64,000 nt of DNA from Candidatus Dormiibacterota bacterium (GCA_035637535.1 DASPWZ010000012.1:4855-68854), one strand, 5' to 3'; shown: positions 1 through 10,573, counted from the first letter of the stretch. The notes: generated by a model not told the origin, from the letters alone. Numbers and translations are program-made.

Positions 1-95
1 AAAGAGAAACCAACTGCAAGAGCGACTCCACCCAGAAGCATGAATATCCCACCGATCAACGACAGAACGAATGCAGCCGTGGGTTTGTCCGACAA
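1..95 (-). CDS. Partial membrane protein (N-terminal fragment; gene runs off the window start)
   Basis: TTG at 93-95 follows an in-frame TGA. The reading is hydrophobic (MSDKPTAAFVLSLIGGIFMLLGGVALAVGFS...). Too short for a family call. Confidence 0.25.
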   Translation of the reverse strand, partial: MSDKPTAAFVLSLIGGIFMLLGGVALAVGFS

Positions 96-317
96 AACCA
101 GTCTCGCTGAAACTCAAGCCAGAGAATATTTAACACATTCGATACGGTGCAATTTGGACGATTTTCGTTAGATATCTGGGAATTCCCCCATTAACATGCT
201 ATCTGACAGCGGTTTCGGTGGTTATGGCGGTTCAACGCTGACTTGAGCTGGAGAGAATGCTACTTGGAATCTTGGAAATAATTGAGGTCCCTAAACTGAC
301 GGGTGTGCGACCGAGAC

Positions 318-1631
318 TTAGAACGGGGGTTCCTTGATTCGCCTTCTAGCGATCAATACAACCGACCCCATGATTGCTACGGCAATTGTTCCTAGAATCC
401 CGTACATCCATGGTACCAGGCTGGCCGACTGAGTGGTGGGTTTTGATTGCGCCGGATTATTGGATGGTTGCCCAGCTCCCGTTGGTGTGCTACCAGCCCC
501 TGGATTGTACCCGCTCCCAGAGCCGGGGTTTGACCCGGAGCTAGAACCCTGTCCCGGGCCCGTGCCAAGTCCTTGACCATTCCCGGTCCCGGTTCCTGAG
601 CCGCTGCCAGAACTTGATCCACTGGGTGACGCAGAAGCACTCGTCGGTGTCGACCGCCTGCTTAAGTCGAGAGTTGTGCTGGTGAGCTTTAGGGAGGCCT
701 GAACGTCGATCCCGAATTGCCTCATTACGGGTATAGGGGCATCAGGACAGACAGACAGTGCTGGAGCAATAGTAGCTGAGGAGCTGCAAGGCGCTGGCGG
801 GATGAATATTTCCTCGCCAAATCCAAGGTGGATGTGAGCGCTTGCGGCGAGTAGAAGATCGCTGGTCTGATCATAGATGAAAGTAAGCGCGAATCCGAAG
901 TTGTCGGCGATCGGAATCGAGGAAGCCAGAGTTGCCATTGGGTCCGGAGGAAGAAAAGATCCGGATTTGGGAAACGCCAAAGTCCAGGCAGATCGAGTTC
1001 CAATGATGCCACCAAGATCGAGACTCGTCGAGTCAGTAACATTGGTTGGGAAAACTAGAACTGGGACAGTGTCGTTTACTTTGAGCGGTCCATTGACCCA
1101 CCACATTGTGTGAAGGGGTTGATGCATCATAGTGACGTCTAAGCCCGGCATGGTCAAACTCCAGCTAGTGCCCGTTGGCAGAGTGGCGCCCATGTTTGTC
1201 TGGGCCATCTGTAGAGCCTGGTCAATTTCTGGCTCGATGAACGGCAGGATAGTTGCTATTCGAGTTACGAGATCGATAGATTCGTTGAAGCTCCCGGTAT
1301 GATGCGTGGCTGGAGTAATGGTTTCGCCACTCGATGTTGATATGTTCCGGTTGAAGTTGAGGGTGGCTGTGGTGGCGTTCAGATCAGTGACGGTCCATCC
1401 CAAGGTCCCATTGATGGTGAGACTCGGGGAGATCATTGTGATCATTGGGCAGACAATTCCTGCGCTGAGGGTCGAGCCCAGAATTGGTGCGCAGGACTGA
1501 AGGATTGAGATAGAAACGGATATAGTGTAGCCGGTTTGACTACCCGTGTGAAGGGCAGGCGCTGCATTCACGGGGACAGCAATCAGCAGAAGAAGCGTCA
1601 AGGCTCCGAGGGAGAGGCTCGTTAACCGCAT
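318..1631 (-). CDS. Secreted cell-surface protein with C-terminal membrane anchor, unknown family
   Basis: ATG start with a signal-like N-terminus (MRLTSLSLGALTLLLLIAVPVNA). A C-terminal Ser/Gly/Thr/Pro-rich linker is followed by one TM helix and an RRRIK tail. Confidence 0.6.
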   Translation of the reverse strand: MRLTSLSLGALTLLLLIAVPVNAAPALHTGSQTGYTISVSISILQSCAPILGSTLSAGIVCPMITMISPSLTINGTLGWTVTDLNATTATLNFNRNISTSSGETITPATHHTGSFNESIDLVTRIATILPFIEPEIDQALQMAQTNMGATLPTGTSWSLTMPGLDVTMMHQPLHTMWWVNGPLKVNDTVPVLVFPTNVTDSTSLDLGGIIGTRSAWTLAFPKSGSFLPPDPMATLASSIPIADNFGFALTFIYDQTSDLLLAASAHIHLGFGEEIFIPPAPCSSSATIAPALSVCPDAPIPVMRQFGIDVQASLKLTSTTLDLSRRSTPTSASASPSGSSSGSGSGTGTGNGQGLGTGPGQGSSSGSNPGSGSGYNPGAGSTPTGAGQPSNNPAQSKPTTQSASLVPWMYGILGTIAVAIMGSVVLIARRRIKEPPF

Positions 1632-1803
1632 AACTATCTGTCGTTTGCATCTTAGACCTTATGTCATAAAAAGGGTTAACGGTGTTCATCCAATTTGATC
1701 ATCAATGTTAGTATGAGGAAATGCGTAGACGAAAAAAGGGAGTTCTCGATAGTCCGCCTAACTAGGCGTAGCTCGGGGGTCCGAGCTCTTCGTCTGCGTT
1801 AGG

Positions 1804-2154
1804 TTATTTTTTGCTCCAGAGGCCTATGACGTTGCCGTGCGGATCTCCGATGGTGCCCCAGTAGCCCATTCCGCCACCAATGGCTTTCCTCTTCTTCAGT
1901 ATTCGTCCGCCTAGACTCTTTGCCTTCTGTTGTGTTGCTGGTATGGTGTCAACGTTGACGTAGAGTGTGGTTGAGCCGGACTTGATTTTCTTGCCGAGCT
2001 GGAAGCCGCCGCCAACGCCGTTCCTAGAGGTCTTGAACATTGCATAGCCGTCGCCGAACATTTCAAATTTCCAGCCGAAGAGTCTGGAGTAGAACTTCTT
2101 AGTCGCCATTAGGTCCTTCGATGCTAGTTCTATGTGGCCGATTTCTTTTCCCAT
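1804..2154 (-). CDS. VOC / glyoxalase-family protein
   Basis: 116 aa. HIELASKDLMATKKFYSRLFGWKF and a C-terminal DPHGNVIGLW are typical of the glyoxalase/bleomycin-resistance fold. Confidence 0.7.
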   Translation of the reverse strand: MGKEIGHIELASKDLMATKKFYSRLFGWKFEMFGDGYAMFKTSRNGVGGGFQLGKKIKSGSTTLYVNVDTIPATQQKAKSLGGRILKKRKAIGGGMGYWGTIGDPHGNVIGLWSKK

Positions 2155-2235
2155 AGTAGCTCTATATTGCCAAATATTGAGTTTAAAAATCTACACCTTC
2201 CACTCGAAAAACACGCTAGTTGACGAATCCGACGT

Positions 2236-3156
2236 TCAGGCACTGGTTAGACGCTTCAAAAAGAACTGTTTGAACCTCGGGACAGCATTTGTACAGACCA
2301 TTACCGGTCTTTCCGCGAATTTGTTATCTGGCAACCAGTCCCGCCTGTCAGCGACGGTCATTCCCAACGTGTACTCGCCCTTAGTTTCCACCTGCGCGTG
2401 GTAGTTTTTGAATTGGAAGAACGATGGCTTGATCTTAACTGCCACAGCCATCGGATCATGTAGAGCAAATCGGCCATATGTTTTCATGTTACTTTTCAAG
2501 ATTGAACTGGCGAAGGCAGAGACACGTCCTTTCCGATTTCTTAGTCGATCACAGTCCTTTTTCGTCAGCTGGACAAGAGGATTCATTGTCACGTCGAGGC
2601 CTATTGCCTTAATTGGGACGTCTGCTTCGAACACGATTTTCGCGGCTTCTGGGTCCGAGTAGACGTTGAACTCTGCTACCGGAGTCTCATTCCCGAAGCC
2701 ATACTTTGTGACGAAGTACGCGCCTCCCATTATCACAATCTCCTCGACCATACCCTCGGCGTCCGGGAATTCTGTTAGGAGTGCCGCAATGTTGGTCAAT
2801 GGTCCCGTGCAGATGATGGTGATGGATTGTCGCTTGGATGAGGCGAGAGTTTCTAGAATCGCATTGAGCGCGGGTTTCCCTGCAGGACTAAGTTTAGGAA
2901 GCGGTAGGTTGGAATCTCCCAGCCCGTCGCTTCCGTGAAAGGCTGTTGCCCGAATCGGGTCGCGAAACAGCGGATTCCCTAATCCTCGCGCGACCCAGAC
3001 ATCTGACCTGTCGAGAAGTTCGACGACTCTCAGTCCGTTGATTGTTGCTTGTTCGACAGGTACGTTGCCTGAGACCGCGGTTATGCCCGCGACCTCCAGC
3101 TCAGGAGATCTTAGGGCGAGTACGAGAGCGAGAGCATCATCGATGCCTCCATCCAT
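2236..3156 (-). CDS. Nucleoside hydrolase (inosine-uridine preferring, IUNH family)
   Basis: DGGIDDALAL N-terminal aspartate cluster, followed by ITAVSGNV, GPLTNIA and MGGA motifs. The only canonical start cuts into the DxDxxxDD motif (see finding). Confidence 0.8.
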   Translation of the reverse strand: MDGGIDDALALVLALRSPELEVAGITAVSGNVPVEQATINGLRVVELLDRSDVWVARGLGNPLFRDPIRATAFHGSDGLGDSNLPLPKLSPAGKPALNAILETLASSKRQSITIICTGPLTNIAALLTEFPDAEGMVEEIVIMGGAYFVTKYGFGNETPVAEFNVYSDPEAAKIVFEADVPIKAIGLDVTMNPLVQLTKKDCDRLRNRKGRVSAFASSILKSNMKTYGRFALHDPMAVAVKIKPSFFQFKNYHAQVETKGEYTLGMTVADRRDWLPDNKFAERPVMVCTNAVPRFKQFFLKRLTSA

Positions 3157-3199
3157 ATCGATGATAACGCGGGAGGGTCTTCTCGACCCGGGACCCTTC

Positions 3200-3853
3200 C
3201 TAGAATAGTTTCGAGATCTTCTTGGTGGGAAGTGTATCGGCTAGGTACCAGAATTTCAGGTATTGAAGACCAGTCCGATACTGCAACTCTGTAAAGGAGT
3301 TCACCGCGTCCTCAGCGATAATTGTCTCGTAGCCTCGGAAGAAGGCGTCAGCGGTTGTGTGCCTAACGCAACAGTCAGTATGTAGACCAGAGATGATTAG
3401 GGTGTTGGGTCCCTTTCCATCATGAGTTCTCTTGAGTTCGCGTTCCAGTCTAGTGTTGAAGAAACTGCTATAGGTTGTCTTGGGAATCTGAAAATCCTTC
3501 TTTCGCGGTCTCAATTCGCCTATAACCCTGGCGCCCTTGGTGCCACGCATGGCGTGTTCTCCCCACCTCTCAATCTCGAAATCCTTCCTCGTATGGGAGT
3601 CATTAGAATAGAGCACGGGGACACCGGCACCACGGGCAGAGTCTATGAGTTCACCGCTGCGAGGAATCATCGGGACAGCCCTATCGCACTTGATCTTACC
3701 ATAGACAAAGTCGTGCAGCATGTCCACGACAAGGACGGCGTACCGTCGGTCGTTGTTGTACACGTGAGGTGCGACTGCGGTTTCTAGATTGTAGACGTTG
3801 ATCTGTTCCGCTGGGCCTTGTCCATGAATTCTAGCCACGAACCATCCTGGCAC
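3200..3853 (-). CDS. Isochorismatase-family cysteine hydrolase (nicotinamidase-like)
   Basis: VLVVDMLHDF (Asp), a conserved Lys region, and GLHTDCCVRHT (catalytic Cys) fit the family. The true start may be internal to the ORF. Confidence 0.7.
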   Translation of the reverse strand: MPGWFVARIHGQGPAEQINVYNLETAVAPHVYNNDRRYAVLVVDMLHDFVYGKIKCDRAVPMIPRSGELIDSARGAGVPVLYSNDSHTRKDFEIERWGEHAMRGTKGARVIGELRPRKKDFQIPKTTYSSFFNTRLERELKRTHDGKGPNTLIISGLHTDCCVRHTTADAFFRGYETIIAEDAVNSFTELQYRTGLQYLKFWYLADTLPTKKISKLF

Positions 3854-3919
3854 GCGGACCCCGCAGGCATGATTTTAAGATGATTAGTAATCGTCCTCAA
3901 TCGCCCAGGCGACACAAAA

Positions 3920-5146
3920 TTGGAAGGAAAGGCCGACGTTGTGATAGTTGGCGCAGGAATGGCAGGCTCAGCCCTGGCATTCGAACTGCAGAAGAGAAAC
4001 ATCTCGACCCTTCTGTTAGATCGCAGGAAAGGGCTCGACTCGACTCCTCGAGGCATAACCTTCCAGCCCAATGGCCTGGAAGCGCTGGACAAGATCGGAG
4101 TTCTCGACAGTGTTCAGCAGATGGGCTCGGCCGAGAGAATACTCGAGGTGCGAGACTGGAACCAACAGGTCCTGTTAGAAGTCGACTACGGACTGCTTGA
4201 CCATCCGCAGAACTACATTATGACGGCCGATGCAGTGCAGGTGGAACACCTTCTCGGGTCCAAGGCTGAGAACTTGGGCGCTCAGACCATTTGGAATACT
4301 CGGTTCCAGGATATCGTTTGGAAGGATGGAGTTGCCCAGGGATTGCGTTGCGATGTCGAGGGTGGGCCTTCCGAAATCCAAGCTTCAATAATCGTAGGGG
4401 CTGATGGGCCACAGTCCCGTGTTCGGGAGAGCATCGGAGCCACGACAAAGACGAAGAAATATTCGGATTCTTTCACGGTTGGGCTAGTCGGGCCCGTTTC
4501 AGAGTTGAAGGATAGGGCGCGACAATACCAAGCACCGGGAAAGATGCTTGGGATAATGCCCGCCGGCCCGGGAGCCACGTACATCTTCTACTGCGTTGGA
4601 ACTCGTAGCTTTGAGGATTTGAAGAGGGAAGGACTAGGACGTTTCAAAGAAGAGGTCACTCAAGCTGCCCCTGAATTGACCGAGGGTTTTGGAGCAATGG
4701 AGGCATGGACGAGAATCGCCTATTTCACTCCCGCTTTCATAAAGGTCGACCCTTGGGTAGGGAATGGCGTGGCGCTACTGGGCGATTCAGCGCATACGTT
4801 CCATCCTCATGCCGGGCAGGGAGTGAATCTGTCTCTGCAAGACGCACTCGTATTGGCAGACGTAATAGCAGATGCCCTAAGCGCAGGAGATACTTCAGCG
4901 AAGAGATTGTCCCGATATCAGTCAAGTCGGAAAATGTTTGCTGATGTGATAGGACAGCACGCTCACTATACGTCCACATATGCGCTCAGCAACAACTGGC
5001 TGATCAAGCGACTCAATAGACGGGCGCTGAATAAGATACGGAAGAATCAGAAGCTCATGAAAAAAGCACTCGAGATAACAGCCGGAGTCTTCACAAAGAA
5101 GCCAGGTCTGATCGAGCAAGCACGGATCGGAGGAATCCTACCCTAG
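3920..5146 (+). CDS. FAD-dependent monooxygenase/oxidoreductase (UbiH / geranylgeranyl-reductase-like)
   Basis: GxGxxG (VIVGAGMAGS), GADGPQSRVRE, and GDSAHTFHPHAGQGVNLSLQDA motifs. Confidence 0.8.
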   Translation: MEGKADVVIVGAGMAGSALAFELQKRNISTLLLDRRKGLDSTPRGITFQPNGLEALDKIGVLDSVQQMGSAERILEVRDWNQQVLLEVDYGLLDHPQNYIMTADAVQVEHLLGSKAENLGAQTIWNTRFQDIVWKDGVAQGLRCDVEGGPSEIQASIIVGADGPQSRVRESIGATTKTKKYSDSFTVGLVGPVSELKDRARQYQAPGKMLGIMPAGPGATYIFYCVGTRSFEDLKREGLGRFKEEVTQAAPELTEGFGAMEAWTRIAYFTPAFIKVDPWVGNGVALLGDSAHTFHPHAGQGVNLSLQDALVLADVIADALSAGDTSAKRLSRYQSSRKMFADVIGQHAHYTSTYALSNNWLIKRLNRRALNKIRKNQKLMKKALEITAGVFTKKPGLIEQARIGGILP

Positions 5147-6408
5147 GTCGCGGTAGGCACGGCGACTACGAGCTCTTCCTCTGGTAGCCTTACGTCTTTG
5201 AACACTGACCAGAAGTAACCAATCGACGTGAGGTAGAGAGCAGTGCACAGGAAGAATGGTAGCGCAAGATAGAGTGCACCGCCAAGTCCCATGAAGTAGG
5301 CGCCGACTGATGTGCTGAGAGAATTGGGCAGTCTCCAGAGTGATGCTGTCACCGCAGAAGCCTGCGATCTCTCTTCTGGAGGAACGAGACCCATCAGAAG
5401 AGACTGCTCTACAGGATTGGACATCATCATCAGCGCACTTCTCACGACGTAGATCGAGGAAGCTGAGGCGAAGCTAGGAGAGAAGGGCAGGGAGAAAAGG
5501 AAAACCGTCGACGATCCCTGGGTCAAGACAATAGTCTTGACTGTACCAAATCTTCGCGCTAGCCTTGGAGCGGCCAAGTTTGCGAACCCCATCACCAGAC
5601 TGTTAACTCCTCCAAGGATCGGCGCGCTGATATCGTCGACAACTCCGAACTTCAATAGTGCCCAGCCTGGAATCAGCGGAATTACCATTCCCGCTCCTAG
5701 AGCAATCAGAATTCCGGCAAGCGAGTACTGAGCAACAGTCTTGCGAGATCTCTTCGGAATAATCTGAAAGCCCCGATGGTCGGCTTGGGAGGATCTTGAC
5801 TCGGAGACAGTTAGTGCGATCGCAGGCCCGAGCAGACTGAACAGGGCTACCCCAAGGAACAGATACCTGTGACCCGTCACAAGGTCGATCGCGTACCAGT
5901 TTTTCAGCAACCCCAGAATGCTCGCGCTGAAGCCGCCGACGGCGGCGCTGACAGTTGATATGAAGAACGAGAGGCTGAAGGCACTCGTGCGTTTTGCGTC
6001 CGTCGCCTTGTCTGCAAGCATGGCCCCCCAAGACGACGCATACATTGCTTCGGAGAGTCCGGATAGAACCGCTGTTCCAACCAGTAGGGGCAGATTTGTC
6101 CCAACGAGGCCGAACAGGACTAGAGTGAAGCTTGCTATGACTCCGCCGAGGACTACGAATCGTTTCCTTCCATATCGATCCGCCAATCCCCCGAAGAGAA
6201 GAGTGCTTGAGGCACTGGTTATGCCGATGATGGTGAGAATTATTCCACTAGTTGCGAAGCTGAGACCTTCTAGAACAAGATAGATCTGGAGAGTTATCCA
6301 GAGGAGACCTGCAGCTGCCCAGTTGAAAAAGCTCGCATAGATTAGTAGATTGGCCTCTCGAGGAATACCTCGGAACTCGTCGAGACCAGTGGTGATTCGC
6401 TGGAACAA
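5143..6408 (-). CDS. MFS transporter
   Basis: About 12 hydrophobic segments and the GGLADRYGRKR loop motif. TTG start. Confidence 0.7.
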   Translation of the reverse strand: MFQRITTGLDEFRGIPREANLLIYASFFNWAAAGLLWITLQIYLVLEGLSFATSGIILTIIGITSASSTLLFGGLADRYGRKRFVVLGGVIASFTLVLFGLVGTNLPLLVGTAVLSGLSEAMYASSWGAMLADKATDAKRTSAFSLSFFISTVSAAVGGFSASILGLLKNWYAIDLVTGHRYLFLGVALFSLLGPAIALTVSESRSSQADHRGFQIIPKRSRKTVAQYSLAGILIALGAGMVIPLIPGWALLKFGVVDDISAPILGGVNSLVMGFANLAAPRLARRFGTVKTIVLTQGSSTVFLFSLPFSPSFASASSIYVVRSALMMMSNPVEQSLLMGLVPPEERSQASAVTASLWRLPNSLSTSVGAYFMGLGGALYLALPFFLCTALYLTSIGYFWSVFKDVRLPEEELVVAVPTAT

Positions 6409-6616
6409 GAGATAAGCCTCGCTAGCTTCTGGAAGAGATTTGTCGCGACTTCCCCTAAAGGATTGGTCCGACGCGTCGCGTACAACTGTTCCCCTTTACA
6501 ACAGTGGTATCAACGTATGGGTAGGTATCAGCTTAGCAGCAACAAGAAATGTCGACCTGCGTCAGGCGCGTAGCCTAGCGTATCGAACATGAACAAACCC
6601 AAAAGCTTGCGGGACT

Positions 6617-7063
6617 CTACGAGCCGAACAGCGATGACTTGCCCTTTACGAGTTCGACGATCCTTTCCAAGCTTGCTGTGATGAGGTAAGTTCCTATCGT
6701 GAAGATGTAGACTAGGTGGAAGTTTGCTAGAATCCCGTTGTTGACGTTGAGGCCAAGCCCAGGGTCGAGGCCCATGGCAAGGAGCATTAGGTACGCCACG
6801 GTGAACGATGTGGCGATCGCGGTTCTGACGGCCCCCTTCTTCAAGAAGTCGTCTTTGCTCTCGCTCTTCCCATGGAGGACTTGAATAGTGAGGAGGAAGG
6901 CGAATAGAGACATCGATCCGACGCTATATCCCGCAAGGGCTGGACCACCACGTCCCAAGACAATGAGCAAGAAAGAAGCGACGGTTATCGCCAATGTGCC
7001 GACTAGCGCAATTACTAAGAGTAGTCCGGAGTTGAGCGGGATTTTCTTCTGACAGAAGGACAA
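6617..7063 (-). CDS. Hypothetical integral membrane protein
   Basis: 148 aa with four hydrophobic helices. No family motif recognised. Confidence 0.45.
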   Translation of the reverse strand: MSFCQKKIPLNSGLLLVIALVGTLAITVASFLLIVLGRGGPALAGYSVGSMSLFAFLLTIQVLHGKSESKDDFLKKGAVRTAIATSFTVAYLMLLAMGLDPGLGLNVNNGILANFHLVYIFTIGTYLITASLERIVELVKGKSSLFGS

Positions 7064-7178
7064 ACGTCCGAATCAGCCACGACTACCTGTAGGCTTGAAC
7101 GAGAAGGGTTTGTTACCAATCTCTGCCAACAGAGGTAAGCTCACAATCCACGCCGGCCAAGAACATGTTGAGACCGCG

Positions 7179-7721
7179 TCAGCGTGTGACAGCCTTGGTT
7201 TCCAGTGTCTCCCATGGGAAGCCATTATGGTGCTTGTAGTACTCCACCAGTCCACCCTCCCGCATTAGGCTTCGGAGGAACTCTGGAACCTTAAGCGCCG
7301 GGTGTGCCATGCCATCTTGAGTCCTAACAGACCAGTCCTGTAGGTTGACTTCTATCTCGTCAAATTGCTTCACTTGCTTAGAGATTCGCGGAACCTCTAG
7401 CGCAGGGAGCCCAATCGCGAAGCAGTTACGATAGAAAATCCGTGCAAAACTTTCCGCAATCACGGCGGCCACGTTAGAATATTTGATAGCGACAGGTGCT
7501 TGTTCCCGGCTGGAGCCTCCTCCAAAATTCTTTCCGGCGACAAATAGATCTCCGGCTTTCACCTTCTTGTAAAACTCAGGGTCGAATCCGTACATGGCGT
7601 ACTTGGCCATCTCTACGGGGTCGTTGGTTCGGGCTTTGAATCGGAATGGGATGATGATGTCAGTGTTCACATCATCGGGCCACACCCAGGTCCGGCCTTT
7701 CAGGACACTTGGGCTTGTCAT
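7179..7721 (-). CDS. Aconitase-family dehydratase small subunit (3-isopropylmalate / homoaconitate type, LeuD/HacB)
   Basis: [14 protein letters not shown] motif. The start overlaps the stop of the large subunit by 4 nt. Confidence 0.85.
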   Translation of the reverse strand: MTSPSVLKGRTWVWPDDVNTDIIIPFRFKARTNDPVEMAKYAMYGFDPEFYKKVKAGDLFVAGKNFGGGSSREQAPVAIKYSNVAAVIAESFARIFYRNCFAIGLPALEVPRISKQVKQFDEIEVNLQDWSVRTQDGMAHPALKVPEFLRSLMREGGLVEYYKHHNGFPWETLETKAVTR

Positions 7722-8995
7722 AGGTATCTCCTAGGGTCCGCGATCTTCCCTTCTATGGCCGAGGCTGCAGCTGTTGCAGGAGATGAGAGATAGATCTTGG
7801 AGGTAATTGCGCCCATCCGGCCTATGTAGTTGCGCGGTGAGGATGAGATGCAGACCTCGTTCTCTCCCAAGACCCCAAGGTGGGTTCCTACGCACGCACC
7901 GCAGGTAGCATTAGTGAAAACCGCTCCGGACTGCAGAAATACCTCCGCCAGTCCATTCTTGATGGCTTGCTCGAAAACATCCTTAGACGCTGGGGTGATG
8001 ACGCATCTAGTACCCGTTTTGACCTTGTGACCCTTCAATATCTTGGCTGCGACGACGAGATCTTCGTATCGTCCGTTTGTCGAGGATCCGATGAAAGCCT
8101 GATCGATCGGTGTGCCTTCGACCTCTCCAACTTCCTTTACCCTATCGACGTTTCCGGGCTCTGCAACTTCGGGGACTATCTTTCCAATGTCGATATCGTA
8201 TTCGTCCTTGTAGCTAGCTTTGGACCCTGAGTGAATCTCGTACATTGACTTGCGATTTACCGACCTAAAGTATTCCTGTGTTGATGGGTCTACTTCGAAG
8301 ATAGAGAGTTTGCATCCGCACTCCATAGAATTGTTACTGATGCAAGCTCGTGAGGCTATCGAGAGATCTTTGACGGCGGGTCCTTTCCATTCTATGGACC
8401 GATAATTGCCTCCGTCTTCCCCAACTGTCGCGATGAAGTGCGAGACTATGTCTCGGGCAAAGACTCCCTTCTTGAACTGGCCTGTAAGGTTGACCTTGAT
8501 CGATTCCGGGACCTTTACCCAGAGTTTTCCTGAAGCCCACACAGCGGCCATCTCCGAGCTACCGATTCCCGTGGCAAAGGCGCCGACCGCTCCAGCCTGA
8601 CATGTGTGAGAGTCCGCGCCGAAAAGGATCATTCCCGGGACGACATGGTTCTCAAGAAGATGCTGGTGTGAAATGCTTCCCTCTACTAGTCGTACGCCGT
8701 GCTTCTTGACAAATTCTCTTATCAAATGATGAAGGTTAGCGACTTTCTCATCGGGAGCAGGGAAGGAATGATCAATAACTAGATGGATTTTGGACGGGTC
8801 CCAGACTCTCGGGACACCCATCTCGCCGAAGACTTTGATTGCAAGCGGCCCTGTGCTGTCCTGGGCCATCGCCAAGTCGACGGGCAGAACAGTAATGTCC
8901 CCAGGGTGATGGATCTTTTCGGCACCATCCGCTCGGACGCTGATGATCTTCTCCGCGAAGGTCAGTGAATTATCGTTGACGATGTCTTGACGCAA
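7718..8995 (-). CDS. Aconitase-family dehydratase large subunit (LeuC/HacA type)
   Basis: Carries the Fe-S cluster ligand regions GADSHTC and NATCGACVG, and is coupled to the small subunit. Confidence 0.85.
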   Translation of the reverse strand: MRQDIVNDNSLTFAEKIISVRADGAEKIHHPGDITVLPVDLAMAQDSTGPLAIKVFGEMGVPRVWDPSKIHLVIDHSFPAPDEKVANLHHLIREFVKKHGVRLVEGSISHQHLLENHVVPGMILFGADSHTCQAGAVGAFATGIGSSEMAAVWASGKLWVKVPESIKVNLTGQFKKGVFARDIVSHFIATVGEDGGNYRSIEWKGPAVKDLSIASRACISNNSMECGCKLSIFEVDPSTQEYFRSVNRKSMYEIHSGSKASYKDEYDIDIGKIVPEVAEPGNVDRVKEVGEVEGTPIDQAFIGSSTNGRYEDLVVAAKILKGHKVKTGTRCVITPASKDVFEQAIKNGLAEVFLQSGAVFTNATCGACVGTHLGVLGENEVCISSSPRNYIGRMGAITSKIYLSSPATAAASAIEGKIADPRRYL

Positions 8996-9172
8996 TGCTG
9001 TTCTGAGGCGGCGAGAAAACTGGTCGCTATTAAACGTGAACGTAGAACCGAGGCGACGAAATCATCCTAAGGACCCCCGATTTCCTTAGTCGCGCAAGAA
9101 ATCTGAAAGTTTTTGAGTTTGATTTGACTCATAATAGCCGTCCTAAGGCCTGTTTTGGGTGAGTAATGGCGT

Positions 9173-9388
9173 ATGGCTGAGAAGAAACGATTGCCTCCGT
9201 GGGAGGAAGCGAAGCTCGTCTTCAAGATGCAAGAGGAGACCCGTAAGCGTAAGCTTCTGGAGAAGGATATGCAGCAACGTCAAGGATGGGCTAGGCGTGT
9301 CGGTCCAAATACCTCGGACGAACTCAAAGAAAACAGGAAGCGGCTAAGCGCGTTACAAAAGCGAATCGACGAAGAAGACGATCGCTAG
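9173..9388 (+). CDS. Small basic coiled-coil protein, hypothetical
   Basis: 71 aa, Lys/Arg/Glu-rich, ATG start. No family recognised. Confidence 0.3.
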   Translation: MAEKKRLPPWEEAKLVFKMQEETRKRKLLEKDMQQRQGWARRVGPNTSDELKENRKRLSALQKRIDEEDDR

Positions 9389-9395
9389 CCACTTT

Positions 9396-10418
9396 CTACA
9401 ATCCCGGGACGAGAAGCCCGAGCCTCTTTAGCACAAGAAGCGCCTGCAGTGTTACCCACTTGCTGGGTTTGGCCGCTTCCTCGATTTGTAACGCTCTTTC
9501 TGTTCCCCATCCTTGGGTTATCAGCTCTCGCTCTTCGGGTCGGGAAACCGTCTCTTCTCCATGCATCGCGTGTGCATGTCGCCATCCTCTGTAGACACCG
9601 TCCAAATTCCATTTTCCCTCGGGCGTTCTCTTTTCCAAGAGCAGGGCGACGGCATCGTTCATCCTTGGATCATTCTTGATGCCCAGCTCCGTCAGGACTC
9701 GCAATCCATGCAGAAAATCGTAGCAATAGTGTATGGGGTAATGCAGCCTCAGAAAATCAAGCATTACGACAGAATCATCCTTGTCAGACCGGTAGACGCG
9801 ATGCTTCAGTAGAAACTCAGCTCCTCTCTTCGCTGAGACTTCCCAGCCCTTCCTCGCGTCGTGCGCCATCATCTCGGACAGAGCCCAGACTGGCTGAATA
9901 ACCGACATGAAGGATCCATGCTTCCCAGAAGGCGAGCAGTTCCAACCGCCATCAGCCAGCTGTTTCGACAACAGCCAATCCATCGCGCTCAGGACTCTAT
10001 CGTCCTCCGCGTATCCCATCTTTGCTAGAGCCCGAACCATGTTTCCGGTCGCGCAGATATGAGGCTCAAATTTCTCATGACCCTTTGGTCGAAGCGAGAT
10101 GCCCCCTGTTTCCACATTGTGATGCTCTAGGAAATGATCAACAGCCTTGTCCACACGCTGGTCCTTGGATGAAACGCCCAAGTCCGCTAAGACGACGAGC
10201 TGCCAAGAGCACGCGGAGAATTTTGGAACATAACAAGACTTAGGATTGTCCCAGTAGATACCATCTTTCTGCCTGGCTAGAATCTTTGACGCCCAACCGA
10301 TTCTTCCAATACGGTTCAGAGTGCTGACGACGCTTTGATCGTTCTCACCTCTCTCCTGGAGATCGACCAGAGTATGATAACGGGCTGACGGCTCATCCTC
10401 CTCTAGGAGCCAATTCAA
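9396..10418 (-). CDS. Alpha/alpha-toroid repeat protein (prenyltransferase / terpene-cyclase-like)
   Basis: Repeated W/aromatic-rich helical hairpins (DGGWNCSP, GKWNLDG) recall prenyltransferase/squalene-cyclase repeats. The assignment is tentative. Confidence 0.4.
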   Translation of the reverse strand: MNWLLEEDEPSARYHTLVDLQERGENDQSVVSTLNRIGRIGWASKILARQKDGIYWDNPKSCYVPKFSACSWQLVVLADLGVSSKDQRVDKAVDHFLEHHNVETGGISLRPKGHEKFEPHICATGNMVRALAKMGYAEDDRVLSAMDWLLSKQLADGGWNCSPSGKHGSFMSVIQPVWALSEMMAHDARKGWEVSAKRGAEFLLKHRVYRSDKDDSVVMLDFLRLHYPIHYCYDFLHGLRVLTELGIKNDPRMNDAVALLLEKRTPEGKWNLDGVYRGWRHAHAMHGEETVSRPEERELITQGWGTERALQIEEAAKPSKWVTLQALLVLKRLGLLVPGL

Positions 10419-10573
10419 TACGCTATTCGAGACAGAGACTTTTGGGACTTGAACCTGTTGCAGTATAGGAAACCTCTCTATGGTCCCGAGAGATTCTTCG
10501 AAATAAAGCTGGCGCGATCAATCAATAGCCCTTAATTATTGAGATGTGCCTGAAAGCAACGTAGATTCGCGCT

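Noticed and set aside
400-640. An apparent DNA-level low-complexity or repeat tract.
   Set aside because: It encodes the Gly/Ser/Thr/Pro-rich stalk of the surface protein at 318-1631. It is a coding linker, not a satellite or CRISPR-like array.
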